From the IMG/VR virus record IMGVR_UViG_3300025000_000053, positions 185,854-249,853 of that record: a stretch of DNA of 64,000 bases. One strand, given 5' to 3'. This document shows, piece by piece, positions 11,070 to 21,973 of the stretch; within the stretch, counting starts at the first letter, position 1, and each line of letters opens with the position of its first letter. Below the pieces are notes generated by a model. That model saw only the letters and a list, made by a program, of their open reading frames with translations. It did not search any database and was not told where the DNA came from. The position numbers were made by a program, and so were the translations under genes.

Positions 11070-12502
11070 TCCCTAAATCTTAATTTAAATACATAATCAC
11101 CATTTGCATTTTTAACAGTTTCTATAAAAGGAGACCCTGTAAATGTTTTTCCTGTAGATAATAAACCAGGTTCATAAGTTTTTTTATAAGTGAATCCACC
11201 TCTACTATTCATATTAAATTCTGCTAATGACAAAGGACTAAAATCTTCTTTAAATGAATACGCAAAACTAATAGAATACTCCGGCATTTTAAGTAAATTA
11301 TTTTTAGACCAACTTGATGTACTGGATGGAATATTAGTTGGAAATAGTCCAAAATATTTAGACCAGAATAAAATAGTTTCATTATCAGGTCCACATAGAA
11401 TATAATATAAACTGCAAGCATAATCTAATATTTTTTTATATATGAATTCAGCTTTAGATACTAACTCTCCTCTATAAATCTTTGAAATATAATCAACCCA
11501 TGCTTTAATAGTTTTATATATATATAACTTATCATTGTCTGTAAATGAAATAGAAATATTACCAGCAGTTTTAGATTCAATATTACTTCTACCATATTGA
11601 AGTTTATATCCTGTAAATGTTTCACCATGTTCTATAGTTTTAATATATTCATCTGATAATTCAAAAGATTGTGCTGTATTTGATAGAAATGGGTTGAAAT
11701 CATGTTCTGATGAAAAACTAGATGTTAGTGATATTAATAAATCAGGATTATTTTTAAAAAGATAATAATAAACAGATTCATTCTGTAATTGTGAATGTAA
11801 TGAATAATTCTTATTACCTTCATAGTTAATTATATTAAGATCAGGTCTTGTAAAAAATACATGGGCAAAAGTTTTAGATAAATGGTAATCTGGGAAAGCT
11901 ATTTTAAATCTATTAAAATTATGAAATAGTGAATAATTTAATTCATTAGATCCTTTATAACCAATAAGATTTAAGTTATTTTTTATTCTTTTTAAATTCT
12001 CGTCTATAAAAGAATAATCTGTTAAATAAGAATAAGTATTAACATCATCATTATTAATAATACGTTTTAATGAATCGATATCGGTAACACCAGTACCTGT
12101 TTTATTTAATTGTGAAGAAAAGGTTGTTGTATTTAAAGTATTATCATTTTGACCTTCATTAAGTGTATTACTGCTACTACTACTAATTGTAATAGATTTT
12201 GGTATTATAAATACATCAGTAGGTGTTGTTGGTGAGGTTTGTGTACCTGAATCTTCAAAATCTTGAACCATTTCAAGATAAACACCATTTCCACCACCAC
12301 CTGGGTTATATCCACAAACCCAACCCCTACCATCCTCTAGTTTATACCACGTTTGAGTACCAACATCTTTAATACCGTTAATTATTATTAAAGCACCTTT
12401 ATTTAATGAACCGACTATTTGATAAGATGTGCCAGCACCTTGACGAATATTTAATGTAAGAACTACCACTCTAAGTTCTTGTCTCATTTTTTTCATCACC
12501 AA
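11066..12502 (-). CDS. Virion tail-tube-initiator/baseplate-like protein with N-terminal SH3b domain
   Basis: The SH3b domain is nearly identical to that of 4319..6076. Late motif at 12522-12533. Confidence 0.6.
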   Translation of the reverse strand: MVMKKMRQELRVVVLTLNIRQGAGTSYQIVGSLNKGALIIINGIKDVGTQTWYKLEDGRGWVCGYNPGGGGNGVYLEMVQDFEDSGTQTSPTTPTDVFIIPKSITISSSSSNTLNEGQNDNTLNTTTFSSQLNKTGTGVTDIDSLKRIINNDDVNTYSYLTDYSFIDENLKRIKNNLNLIGYKGSNELNYSLFHNFNRFKIAFPDYHLSKTFAHVFFTRPDLNIINYEGNKNYSLHSQLQNESVYYYLFKNNPDLLISLTSSFSSEHDFNPFLSNTAQSFELSDEYIKTIEHGETFTGYKLQYGRSNIESKTAGNISISFTDNDKLYIYKTIKAWVDYISKIYRGELVSKAEFIYKKILDYACSLYYILCGPDNETILFWSKYFGLFPTNIPSSTSSWSKNNLLKMPEYSISFAYSFKEDFSPLSLAEFNMNSRGGFTYKKTYEPGLLSTGKTFTGSPFIETVKNANGDYVFKLRFRE

Positions 12503-12706
12503 CTTTCATATTATTAATTGTTAATTTAATGTTCAAGACAGAAAAAATAATGGTTTTTTTATTTATATATTATTTATCTAGAAAATAAAAATAATCATCT
12601 GATCTAATAATAAATATACTTAAAAATAACATCCCCGCAAAATAATATTACTTATATAAAAAATAGATATAAGTTATTTTAAAAATTAAGGGAGAGTGTT
12701 ATTTTT

Positions 12707-12880
12707 ATGTTAGACATAATATTTACTATTGTTCCTATGATTAATGCTATTACTACATTTACTAATATTGAAGAGGTAAGAAAAAATAAAAAAAAGAAAG
12801 AAACAGAATATAATAATCTATCTGACAAAGATCAACATAAACTTATTATGAGAAAATTTAATAAAAGTATGTCTAGTTAA
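12707..12880 (+). CDS. Small 57-aa ORF (below the ORF-track cutoff)
   Basis: SD aagggagag, then MLDIIFTIVPMINAITTF..KSMSS*; hydrophobic N-terminus and basic C-terminus. Confidence 0.45.
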   Translation: MLDIIFTIVPMINAITTFTNIEEVRKNKKKKETEYNNLSDKDQHKLIMRKFNKSMSS

Positions 12881-12908
12881 AAACATAATAGTCAGATGAT
12901 TATTTTTT

Positions 12909-14414
12909 TTGTTTATAAAACATATAAATAAAATAAATGTGTACGAAAGGAAGTGTAAAAATTCAATGGGAGTTTTAAAAGATATAATGGATACACTTAG
13001 GGACATAGATATACATGGTAGTTTAGATGAATATTTTAAAAAAAAGAAATATTCATCTATAGCTAAACAATCCCAAGAAGGTACTCTTCAGTTCCCTGTT
13101 ATAGTTTCCAGAACATCACTTGATATAGAAAATCTTCAAACTATTTCCAGATCTTTAGAACGTCAATTTAGTTCTTTTGTTCAAATAGTTTTAACTATGA
13201 ATCCAGTTCTTAATATTGAAACTGAAAAGAACTTAGCAACATATTTAAGAAAGTTTCATCAAAATTCAGATAGTAAAACAGATATGAATGATATTACTAA
13301 TTTTTTTGTAGATATTGATAATTTGAAAGAAAATTATTTATTGTTGACAGATGAATATGATAACATTGCAATATTAACAGGTACATTTGAAGGTTGCTCT
13401 ACAAAACAAATTGTTGAAACCAATAGAGAGCAACTTAAAGTTATTTTAGAATATTTAAAATTAGATTTATTAAATGATAAGTTTACTCCAAATAATCAGT
13501 CATTGTATAAATTTAGTAATAATAATTTAACAAAATTTCATAATAGAAATGTTTTATTAGAAGCACCTAATAAACCACCTCAAGGTGGAGGGACAAAACC
13601 CCCACAACGTCCACCATATAAACCATCAGCACAAATAATTAGTAGTGTTGGAACTGTTAATAACACTTTTGTTAATAACACTAGTAAAGATAAAATTTAT
13701 AACGGTGGTGGTAGTGAATCAAAAAGATTGTCTGAATTTAATTTACCTAATAAAACATTAGTTGATAATGATGTTAAAAAATCAAATGAGTTAGTACCAA
13801 CTATGTTACACCTTCGTTTAAAATTGATAGATAAAAAAGGTGATAATCATGGTACACATGATTATTTAATAGGTATTAAAGCTGTTATTCATCCTGTAAA
13901 TTCTGAAGAAATGATAAGTAATGTTGTTAATGCTTGTAAAAACAATAATAAACTTTTTGATTTCATTAGATGGACTTCTGGTGAAATTAATTTCTTACAG
14001 GATTTTGTATTAAATATTAAAGAAATTAAAACCGATGTTAATAATAGAGGGAATGGTTCTTCTCCTTGGTGGATTACTTTAAAGAGAAGAAAAGCTTTAT
14101 CTAAAGTAAAAAATACATTACTTTTAGGTAATCAATTATTACCAAATACAACTTTAGTTCTATCTATGCAGGAAGTTGAATTAATTAAAGCGACATATGG
14201 ATATGATTTAATGAATACAACCTTTATTAATAAGGTTATGTTAGAATATTTCTTATTATGTGTTGTAATTGTTGATACTTCATCTCAATTAGCTCATTTT
14301 TTATTTGATGGGCAAAATTCTTATCAAACTAGTACATTTATTGGTTTGGAGAGAGAAAGTGGTTCGGATGAAAAGAAATTTAAAGAAATGCTTAAACTAA
14401 TTAATAGGGTTTAA
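12909..14414 (+). CDS. Virion structural protein (head region)
   Basis: First gene of a late plus-strand operon. Late motif at 12919-12930; likely ATG at 12966 after gaaagg. Confidence 0.55.
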   Translation: MFIKHINKINVYERKCKNSMGVLKDIMDTLRDIDIHGSLDEYFKKKKYSSIAKQSQEGTLQFPVIVSRTSLDIENLQTISRSLERQFSSFVQIVLTMNPVLNIETEKNLATYLRKFHQNSDSKTDMNDITNFFVDIDNLKENYLLLTDEYDNIAILTGTFEGCSTKQIVETNREQLKVILEYLKLDLLNDKFTPNNQSLYKFSNNNLTKFHNRNVLLEAPNKPPQGGGTKPPQRPPYKPSAQIISSVGTVNNTFVNNTSKDKIYNGGGSESKRLSEFNLPNKTLVDNDVKKSNELVPTMLHLRLKLIDKKGDNHGTHDYLIGIKAVIHPVNSEEMISNVVNACKNNNKLFDFIRWTSGEINFLQDFVLNIKEIKTDVNNRGNGSSPWWITLKRRKALSKVKNTLLLGNQLLPNTTLVLSMQEVELIKATYGYDLMNTTFINKVMLEYFLLCVVIVDTSSQLAHFLFDGQNSYQTSTFIGLERESGSDEKKFKEMLKLINRV

Positions 14415-14443
14415 TTTTTTTATAAGGGAGGTTGAAAAAATAA

Positions 14444-15436
14444 ATGTTTACATTGAATGAAGTTTCTAAAATATTAATTGAAAATGCAATTACTCTTAAA
14501 GAAAAAAATCAAATATATTCTCTTAAAGAATCAGATCAAAATATTGTTAATAATACAATGATATCCAATTTATATAAATCAGCTATAGAAAAAGCTCATG
14601 TAGATTTTAATGATATTCCTAATAGTAAAGGGGACTTAACTAAATTTTCAGGTTTTAAATCAATGTTAGATAGTGTTGATTTGTTACATCAATTATCTAA
14701 TAAAACTAATGTTAAAATTGATGAATTAGATATTTTAGATAAAGCTATAAACAATATTATTAATTATAAAGAATCTTTTGAAAAAGGATTTAAATTAGAA
14801 AAAGAATTTATTATTTTACAATATAATATTCTTGTTTGTGCATGTATAGAAGGTTTAAGTTCTATTATTTCATCTTATGTTGATTTTATAAAAAGACCTG
14901 ATAGAATAGAATTTACTTTAATTAAATCTCCTCAATTGACAGGTCGAATTTGTATTATGAATCTCGAAAAATTTAATTCTTGTGTACGTAGTGGTGAATT
15001 TGGTAAAGTTATTAAATCTGTTATCGATAGTGGTAAAGAAGGTTTTGTTGGAACCGAAACATTAATGATTGGTACTTTAATAGTCGGTGGAGTTTTAGTT
15101 TTAGTTCCATTAATGAGAGAATTAATTTTTTATTTTTATTATTCTAGATTAAAAATTTCAGAATATTTAAAAACTCAAGCCTTATTTTTAGAAATTAATA
15201 AAAATAATATTAATATGAATTCATCTTTAAATTCCAAAAATAAGAAACAAATTTTGGATAGACAACAAACTGTTATTAGGAATTTACAAGCATTATCTGA
15301 TAAAATCCGTGTTGACGATACAACTTCAACAACACAAACTTATAAAAATATGAATACGGAAAATAAAGGTTGGTCACTTGGTAGTGTTAAAACTCAATCT
15401 GCATCTGTAGATGGAAATGGGTTTAAGTTACTATAA
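14444..15436 (+). CDS. Virion structural protein
   Basis: SD gggagg; lies in the late operon; ILIEN and SLKES motifs near the N-terminus. Confidence 0.5.
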   Translation: MFTLNEVSKILIENAITLKEKNQIYSLKESDQNIVNNTMISNLYKSAIEKAHVDFNDIPNSKGDLTKFSGFKSMLDSVDLLHQLSNKTNVKIDELDILDKAINNIINYKESFEKGFKLEKEFIILQYNILVCACIEGLSSIISSYVDFIKRPDRIEFTLIKSPQLTGRICIMNLEKFNSCVRSGEFGKVIKSVIDSGKEGFVGTETLMIGTLIVGGVLVLVPLMRELIFYFYYSRLKISEYLKTQALFLEINKNNINMNSSLNSKNKKQILDRQQTVIRNLQALSDKIRVDDTTSTTQTYKNMNTENKGWSLGSVKTQSASVDGNGFKLL

Positions 15437-15511
15437 AAAAATAACTTTATTAAATTGACAATATAAACATATTTATAAAAAATCCTAATACTGAAAGGTG
15501 GTAAAATAATA

Positions 15512-16573
15512 ATGGCTATTTTTAATAGAGTAGGAAGAGGAATTACCATACCTTCATATAGTGGGTATGATTGTTTGGTTAATGGGGATTTGTTAGCAAT
15601 TCAAGAAGGTTATGAAGACCAATTGGCAATCATTGAGTCCATTCATGAAATGGATATAGAAGAAATTAATATGGAAAGTGATGTTAAAACTTTACGGGAA
15701 TCCGGTGCTGATGAAGTTAAAATTCAAACTCGTATTAATGAATTTGAATCTGTGGTTGAAAGTGCCATGGGTGGAGTCTGGGAAAACATTAAAGCGTTCT
15801 TCAGCAAAATGTGGGGTAAATTACAGCAGTTTTTTGCTTCTGTTATTCGTTTCTTTGACGGGTTGTTTAAAAGTGGTAAAGATTTTGCCACTAAATATGA
15901 GAAAGAACTTAGAAGGCTTAGTTTATCCGGTTATAAGCATAAAATGTTCAACTATAGTGAATTGGATGGTAACAATCATGTATCCAACGGTATCACTGTA
16001 GCAATGGAAATTGTAAATCAAACTGGAGCTTTAAAGAATTTCTCTTCTGACACTGAGGCTAAAAAATGTTTGGAAGATATGGAAGAAAATAAAGAAGAAA
16101 CCATTAATAAAGTTCGTGGAGCTTTTGTTGGCGGTGGTTCTAAAGATAGTGATGATTTTAAAAAAGGTCTATTCTCACACTTTAGGAGCGGTGCTAAAGA
16201 TAGTGAAGATATTGAAGAGCAATCCGTTAATATTGGAACCATTATTAATGCTTTAATAAGTGATAAATATGCTAAAATGGCAAAAGATTCTGAATCAGCC
16301 GCTGAGAAATCATTTACCACTATTATTAAAACTGTTAATGATAGGGAAAAAGAGTTTGGTAAATCTGTCGATGACAAGAATAAATCTGACGATAAGAGGA
16401 AACTTGCTTCTGTTCAAATTTCTATTATGCAAAAATATTCATCTTTGTTCAGTGAAGCCAAGACCATTGCCCTTGAATATTTTAGTGCATGGAAACAAGC
16501 TATTACTGAACGTGAGTCTGTATATAAGCAAGTATGTGTAAGTGCGTTTAGATATAAGGAAGAAAAAAAATAA
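15512..16573 (+). CDS. Internal head protein paralog 1
   Basis: Acidic propeptide ending VVE|S, then amphipathic GVWENIKAFFSKMWGKL. Late motif at 15466; C-ending codons suggest high expression. Confidence 0.6.
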   Translation: MAIFNRVGRGITIPSYSGYDCLVNGDLLAIQEGYEDQLAIIESIHEMDIEEINMESDVKTLRESGADEVKIQTRINEFESVVESAMGGVWENIKAFFSKMWGKLQQFFASVIRFFDGLFKSGKDFATKYEKELRRLSLSGYKHKMFNYSELDGNNHVSNGITVAMEIVNQTGALKNFSSDTEAKKCLEDMEENKEETINKVRGAFVGGGSKDSDDFKKGLFSHFRSGAKDSEDIEEQSVNIGTIINALISDKYAKMAKDSESAAEKSFTTIIKTVNDREKEFGKSVDDKNKSDDKRKLASVQISIMQKYSSLFSEAKTIALEYFSAWKQAITERESVYKQVCVSAFRYKEEKK

Positions 16574-16621
16574 TTGAATAATAAGAATATAAGTTAAAAA
16601 ATCAAAGGGGGATACATTCAA

Positions 16622-17707
16622 ATGGTTATTTTTGGACATAAGAGAACTAATGATGTAAATGTCGATTTTGATATTTCAAAATATGACCACATCCAACCTA
16701 CTACTGAAGCATTGGAACAAATCATAACAGAATCAGCTAAAGATTCTTATAAAATCCGTGCAAGTATATATATTTCGGATGTACTGATGGAGCAAGCTGT
16801 ACTGACTGAATCAGCTGATCCTCAAGTTCTTCTTGAGGTATTTGGTAAAGGTTTCTTTACCAAAATAAAAGACATGTTCGTAAGAATGTGGAATGCTATA
16901 AAAGCTTTCTTTGAAAAAATGAAAAGACAACTTATTTTGTTTTTCTCTTCCGGTAAAACTTTTGTAGAAAAGTTTGAAAATGAATTACGCAGTAAGAATG
17001 CAAAAGATTATAAGTACAAATCATTTAAATATACTCCGAGTAAAGGTGATAGTTATGGTAGTAAAGTACTTGATGCAATTAATTCAACTGAAAATGAATA
17101 TGAAAATAAACTTAGTAGTTTAGATGTAAGAGACGTTTCTAAACACAAGAGTGCAATGGATTCTAAAAAAGATAATATGAAGGATTCATATGATACCGGT
17201 GAGGAAAAAGAAGGTATATTTAAAAGTTTAAATGTTGATTCTATTTCTGAATTACAGGAAGAATCATATAAAGAGTACAGGAATGGTTCAAAAGAAAAAG
17301 AAGAATTTAAAGATTTTGAAAACAACAGTAAAGAAGACATGATTAAATTCATTAAAGACAAGGATAAAAATATAACTGACCTTGATAGATATCAGAAAGA
17401 TTTGGATTCTCATTTCAGTAAAGTAATTAAGGCTATTGAAGCCGCCGGAAGTAAGTATAAGAATGAGGAATTATCTAAGGTATCACCTTATGTTTCTCAT
17501 AGCGTTGAAATGTTGAGATTCTGTATGTCGATTCGTTCAGCATTAGTTAAGATGCATATCGATTATATAAAAGATGCAGCCAGTGATTTCGAATCTATTT
17601 TAAAAGGTTTTTTAAGATTTAAAGTAGTTAAAGAAAGTTTTGAAGGTAATTATGATGATGATAAAGGTATTACCAATATCTTTGAAGCAGCAATGAAATT
17701 AGTTTAA
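16622..17707 (+). CDS. Internal head protein paralog 2
   Basis: IITES, VLTES and VLLEV motifs, then GFFTKIKDMFVRMWNAIKAFF. Confidence 0.6.
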   Translation: MVIFGHKRTNDVNVDFDISKYDHIQPTTEALEQIITESAKDSYKIRASIYISDVLMEQAVLTESADPQVLLEVFGKGFFTKIKDMFVRMWNAIKAFFEKMKRQLILFFSSGKTFVEKFENELRSKNAKDYKYKSFKYTPSKGDSYGSKVLDAINSTENEYENKLSSLDVRDVSKHKSAMDSKKDNMKDSYDTGEEKEGIFKSLNVDSISELQEESYKEYRNGSKEKEEFKDFENNSKEDMIKFIKDKDKNITDLDRYQKDLDSHFSKVIKAIEAAGSKYKNEELSKVSPYVSHSVEMLRFCMSIRSALVKMHIDYIKDAASDFESILKGFLRFKVVKESFEGNYDDDKGITNIFEAAMKLV

Positions 17708-17713
17708 TATATT

Positions 17714-17757
17714 AATACATTAGATGAATAGTAAATAAACTATTCATCTAATGTATT
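17714..17757. terminator. Long-stem intrinsic terminator
   Basis: aatacattagatgaatagt-aaataa-actattcatctaatgtatt. Confidence 0.7.
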
Positions 17758-17815
17758 TTATATTTTCTTTGAAAACAAATAAATAAGAAAAAAGAAAAGG
17801 AGTTGACTTTTATTT

Positions 17816-18895
17816 ATGAATTTAAAGAATATTTTCAATAAGAATAATTCTAATAATAAATCAATAAAAACCTTATTAACAACTGATGATATTGATTTTG
17901 ATACAAGTCAATCTTGTCTAGAATACTTTATATTACTAGAAGAAGATTATTTTAATATTAATAAGGAACATTTACAATCAGCACATATCGCTAATAAGGA
18001 TAAAAATATGGAAATAATACGAGAAGGTTTTAATGATTTTATTAATTCGGTTATTTCATTTTTTAAAAATCTTTTGGATAAATTCAAAGAATTTATGAAA
18101 AGAATATTTATGATAATATATGCTTATCTTGGTGATTTCGAAAAGTTCTTAGATAAGTATAAAGAACAGTTAAGAGGTTTAGACCCTAAATTTAATGTTA
18201 AAGGATTTAAATATTCTTTTAAATCAAATATACCTAATTTGGATATTATTAATAATATTATTAACTCATATAATAGTGAATTAAATGATATTGATAATAT
18301 GACAAAAGATAAAATTATAGAACAAAGAGAAAAATTTATGGCAACTGCTAATCTAAATAAAATTAGAGCTAATATTATTAGTGTATCAGGTGAAGTAAGT
18401 TCAGAGGATTATTTAAAAGATGTTAAAAAAATATTTAGAGATGGTAATGAAGAAAAAATAGATATAGAAGTAAATAAATCATTCTTAACAACAGTTATAG
18501 CAGATTACCCATTTCTAAAGAAAAATTATTCAGATGCTATTAAAGAAAGAGATGATATAATTGCAGTTATAGAAAAAATTAAATCATTCTTTGAAAAAAA
18601 TGCATCAGTTTATTATAAAGGTAAGGATAAAACTATTGGTACTAAATTATTAAATAGAAGTGGTAATAAAATTCAAACTGGAGATAATGTTGAAAAAAAT
18701 TATAGTGAAAGTAAAATTAATTTAATTAATACATTCTTTAGTTTTAAATTTGCACAATCAAAAGAAATTGGTAGTATGTGTACCATAGCATGTATTGAAA
18801 AGGTTAATGCACTAAAAGAATGCTTATCCTTTTATAGAGAAATTATTAAAAGATGTGCTTTTAAAGGACCTAAAAGTTCAACTGAAGTTAATTAA
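17816..18895 (+). CDS. Internal head protein paralog 3
   Basis: IIRE|G, then FNDFINSVISFFKNLLDKFKEF. Late motif at 17774. Confidence 0.55.
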   Translation: MNLKNIFNKNNSNNKSIKTLLTTDDIDFDTSQSCLEYFILLEEDYFNINKEHLQSAHIANKDKNMEIIREGFNDFINSVISFFKNLLDKFKEFMKRIFMIIYAYLGDFEKFLDKYKEQLRGLDPKFNVKGFKYSFKSNIPNLDIINNIINSYNSELNDIDNMTKDKIIEQREKFMATANLNKIRANIISVSGEVSSEDYLKDVKKIFRDGNEEKIDIEVNKSFLTTVIADYPFLKKNYSDAIKERDDIIAVIEKIKSFFEKNASVYYKGKDKTIGTKLLNRSGNKIQTGDNVEKNYSESKINLINTFFSFKFAQSKEIGSMCTIACIEKVNALKECLSFYREIIKRCAFKGPKSSTEVN

Positions 18896-18918
18896 AAAAT
18901 AATACGAGGTGAAAAACT

Positions 18919-20007
18919 ATGGACTATTGTTTGGAAACAAGTATATTCCATTTAGAAACTGACAAACAATTCTTTTCTACATTATTGGAAAGAATGGAAC
19001 AAGAATCACAATCTATTAATAAATCAATAGATGATAATTTTATTGTATTAGAGGCTGATACTACAAATAATAATCAAGGGATATGGGAGAAAATTAAAGC
19101 TTTCTTTAAACGTATCTTCGGTGTATTTTCAACTAAAACTAAAACACTTTTTGATTCAAATAAAAAATGGATGGATGAAAATTTTAATAAATTAGATAAA
19201 ATTAATTATGATAAGTTAAAAATAGTCATGTTACCATTTTGGTCAATGACTATTAATGATATTAAAGGTGTTCTTAATACAATTCAAGGAATAGCTGATA
19301 ATGAATTAAATAATCCTAAAAGATTAGAAAAATATAAAGATGTAGATGAAATGAAGAATACTTTATTTAAGGAATATTTTAATGAAGACAATGATTTAAC
19401 TTTAGGGTTAAAAAATAAATTTAGGAGTAATAATCCTAAAGGTCCTATTAAAACACAAGAATTATCTGGAGGAGAGTTAAAAAATAAGGTTGCTGAATTT
19501 AAAGATTATTGTTACAATTATGGTAAAGATATAACACCTATGATTCAAGCTTTGATTAATAAAGCTGAACAATCTTTAAATCGTATAGAAAGAGTTCTAA
19601 AAGAATCTATAAATTTTTGTTTAGTTGAAAGTGCCTTTTATTCTCAAACTGAACTATTTTATTGTAGTAATTTTGAAGCTGTGTTTGAAGCTGATGAAAC
19701 AAATAAAGATGATAAAAAGAAAGATGAAAAAAAACCTGGTGATGCTTCAACTAAACCAACCGAAGTATCAGTGGTTAATACAGATGATAAGAGTAAAGTT
19801 GATGAACACGAAGAAAATAAGAAATACTCTAATGTGAGTAATTCACAACTTACTATGTATAAAAATATAGCCCAAATTATTCAATTAGCTATAACTTCAG
19901 CAATGACAGTTTTAGAAGAAAGATTTAGTGCTTATTTAAATGCTTTAAAGAAAATTGTTGCTGAAGCTGGTGGAAATATAAATAATAATCCTGATGATAA
20001 AAAATAA
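18919..20007 (+). CDS. Internal head protein paralog 4
   Basis: VLE|A, then GIWEKIKAFFKRIFGVF; internal VLKES, LVES and VFEA motifs. Confidence 0.55.
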   Translation: MDYCLETSIFHLETDKQFFSTLLERMEQESQSINKSIDDNFIVLEADTTNNNQGIWEKIKAFFKRIFGVFSTKTKTLFDSNKKWMDENFNKLDKINYDKLKIVMLPFWSMTINDIKGVLNTIQGIADNELNNPKRLEKYKDVDEMKNTLFKEYFNEDNDLTLGLKNKFRSNNPKGPIKTQELSGGELKNKVAEFKDYCYNYGKDITPMIQALINKAEQSLNRIERVLKESINFCLVESAFYSQTELFYCSNFEAVFEADETNKDDKKKDEKKPGDASTKPTEVSVVNTDDKSKVDEHEENKKYSNVSNSQLTMYKNIAQIIQLAITSAMTVLEERFSAYLNALKKIVAEAGGNINNNPDDKK

Positions 20008-20043
20008 AATATAGGTAGAGATTATTTCTCTACCTATATTTTT
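20007..20043. terminator. Bidirectional terminator between convergent genes
   Basis: aatataggtagaga-ttatt-tctctacctatatt. Confidence 0.7.
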
Positions 20044-21281
20044 TTAAATTCACATACCCCACTCATAATAAATTCAGTACCTTCTAACTTAAATTGAATA
20101 ACACGTTTAGTTAATCTATATGAACCACTATAAGTTGAATTAATCTTAGAGTTATCAAATATAAAAACAAATTCTTTATTTGGTGTTACTGCTTCCATAT
20201 CAAAATCTGATATATTTATATTTATAACTGTATTATTTTCAATTTTTCTATTTTTCACATCATTGTTACTATATTCATTTCCGTAGTTATTAACTAATAC
20301 CTGATATGTTCCTACACCTCTTTGAACAGTTTCAGGTTTAATATTTTGAACAGAACCTTGTTTTGGATCTATTATAATAAAATTATTACCAATTATCTGA
20401 TCTGCTACAACAGAATTACTATATATATTTATGTTATCTGGAGTTATATTTATATAATTTTCTTTTTCAATATCTGATACAAAACTACCAGGTGTAAAAA
20501 TATTAGGATCTGTTAATTCTTTAATAGTAAATATAGTACGTTTATATTCTTCTTTTTGAAAGGCTGTGCATTTTGAATTACAGTCAATTATATACATAGC
20601 CATTAAATCAAAAAATATTAAGGCTCCTTTAGTATAAAATCCATATTGTTGATTCAAATAAAGCAAATTATTTAATAATGTTAATGGAGGTAATAGAATT
20701 TCCTTAAAAACCTTTTTGTTCTCTAATGGAGTCATTAAAACATTTCTCATACCACATGTTGATAATAAATAAACTACGGTATCAATTAAAGTACTACTAG
20801 TTATAACATTATTCACTATTTTTTTAGAATTATCTAAATCACTTTCTTTAAATAAATAAAATGAATATATATTTGATAAATCTCTAGGTGTAATTTCACT
20901 TCTTTCAACCTTCTTACTTTCATTATAACTTTTTTCATCAAAATAAGGTGTATCCTCATCCATAAAAACACAAAAAACAGTATTAAAGACATCTTTTTTA
21001 AATTGAAAATCTTTATTTACATCATACGAATATTTTTGCATCCTAATCCTAAATCTTACTTTTAATTTATTTGATAATATTTTAAAATAAACTTTTGGTT
21101 CTATAGAAACTGATAATTTAAATACTGGGAAGTAATCATTATCAAAATCATGTTCTAATAAAATCCCTTTTATAAAATTAGGGTTTATTTTAGTTGGTTC
21201 AATTTCTTCTGGAAATAAAATATCCATTGATTCAATCGTATATTTATATGTTCTCATATTATTTGGTATATTGTTAGCCAA
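20034..21281 (-). CDS. Probable baseplate hub-like structural protein
   Basis: Beta-rich 415-aa ORF with a near-match late motif (TACA-N6-TA) upstream; assignment by resemblance only. Confidence 0.35.
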   Translation of the reverse strand: MANNIPNNMRTYKYTIESMDILFPEEIEPTKINPNFIKGILLEHDFDNDYFPVFKLSVSIEPKVYFKILSNKLKVRFRIRMQKYSYDVNKDFQFKKDVFNTVFCVFMDEDTPYFDEKSYNESKKVERSEITPRDLSNIYSFYLFKESDLDNSKKIVNNVITSSTLIDTVVYLLSTCGMRNVLMTPLENKKVFKEILLPPLTLLNNLLYLNQQYGFYTKGALIFFDLMAMYIIDCNSKCTAFQKEEYKRTIFTIKELTDPNIFTPGSFVSDIEKENYINITPDNINIYSNSVVADQIIGNNFIIIDPKQGSVQNIKPETVQRGVGTYQVLVNNYGNEYSNNDVKNRKIENNTVININISDFDMEAVTPNKEFVFIFDNSKINSTYSGSYRLTKRVIQFKLEGTEFIMSGVCEFKKI

Positions 21282-21369
21282 AAAAAAACCTCCTTATTAA
21301 AAACTTCTTTAATAATTTGTATTAAAAGAAAAAAATAAACTAGAGAGATATTCTCTAGTTTATTAGTTA

Positions 21370-21927
21370 TTAAAAGATTTTTCTAGTTTTATTATTTATA
21401 ATTCTTTCTCTCCAAAATTTACGGTCAAAACATTCCTCCATTATTAGTGTTGCTAGGTTATTAGCAAATATTTCTTCAGGGTTTTCTTCATGTGCTTCAT
21501 CAGATGTGTTTAATTCAGTATTTTCGTAAAATTCTTGAAGAGTTAAATTAAATTTTTCTTTAACCCAATTTTGTTGGGATAAATTAAAATACCAACATAA
21601 TATTTTACTATTTAAAATACCATGGTGAGCTAATTCATGTAATAATAACCACATTATACTGTTAGTATGTTCATATTTATCGACAAATATAAATATTTCA
21701 TTAGTAACCGGTTGATAAAAAGCACGAAAAGCATTATCACTAGGATATTTTCTATTTTTATAATATGGATCTCTTTCAAAAAAGAATTTCTTATATTTTG
21801 AATTTATAATAAAAACATTGACATCTATTTCTTTTCCCCAAAATTTATCTGAATTAAGTTGATTAAATTCTTTTTTAATACCACTAATGTCAATACCTTT
21901 AACGTCAAAATCAATAAAGTTTATCAT
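21370..21927 (-). CDS. Zincin-like metallopeptidase
   Basis: LLLHELAHHG (HExxH) with downstream PEEIFAN acidic ligand. Confidence 0.6.
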   Translation of the reverse strand: MINFIDFDVKGIDISGIKKEFNQLNSDKFWGKEIDVNVFIINSKYKKFFFERDPYYKNRKYPSDNAFRAFYQPVTNEIFIFVDKYEHTNSIMWLLLHELAHHGILNSKILCWYFNLSQQNWVKEKFNLTLQEFYENTELNTSDEAHEENPEEIFANNLATLIMEECFDRKFWRERIINNKTRKIF

Positions 21928-21973
21928 AATAACTCAACCCTCCTATAATAAAAAATATATTTATTAATATTTC

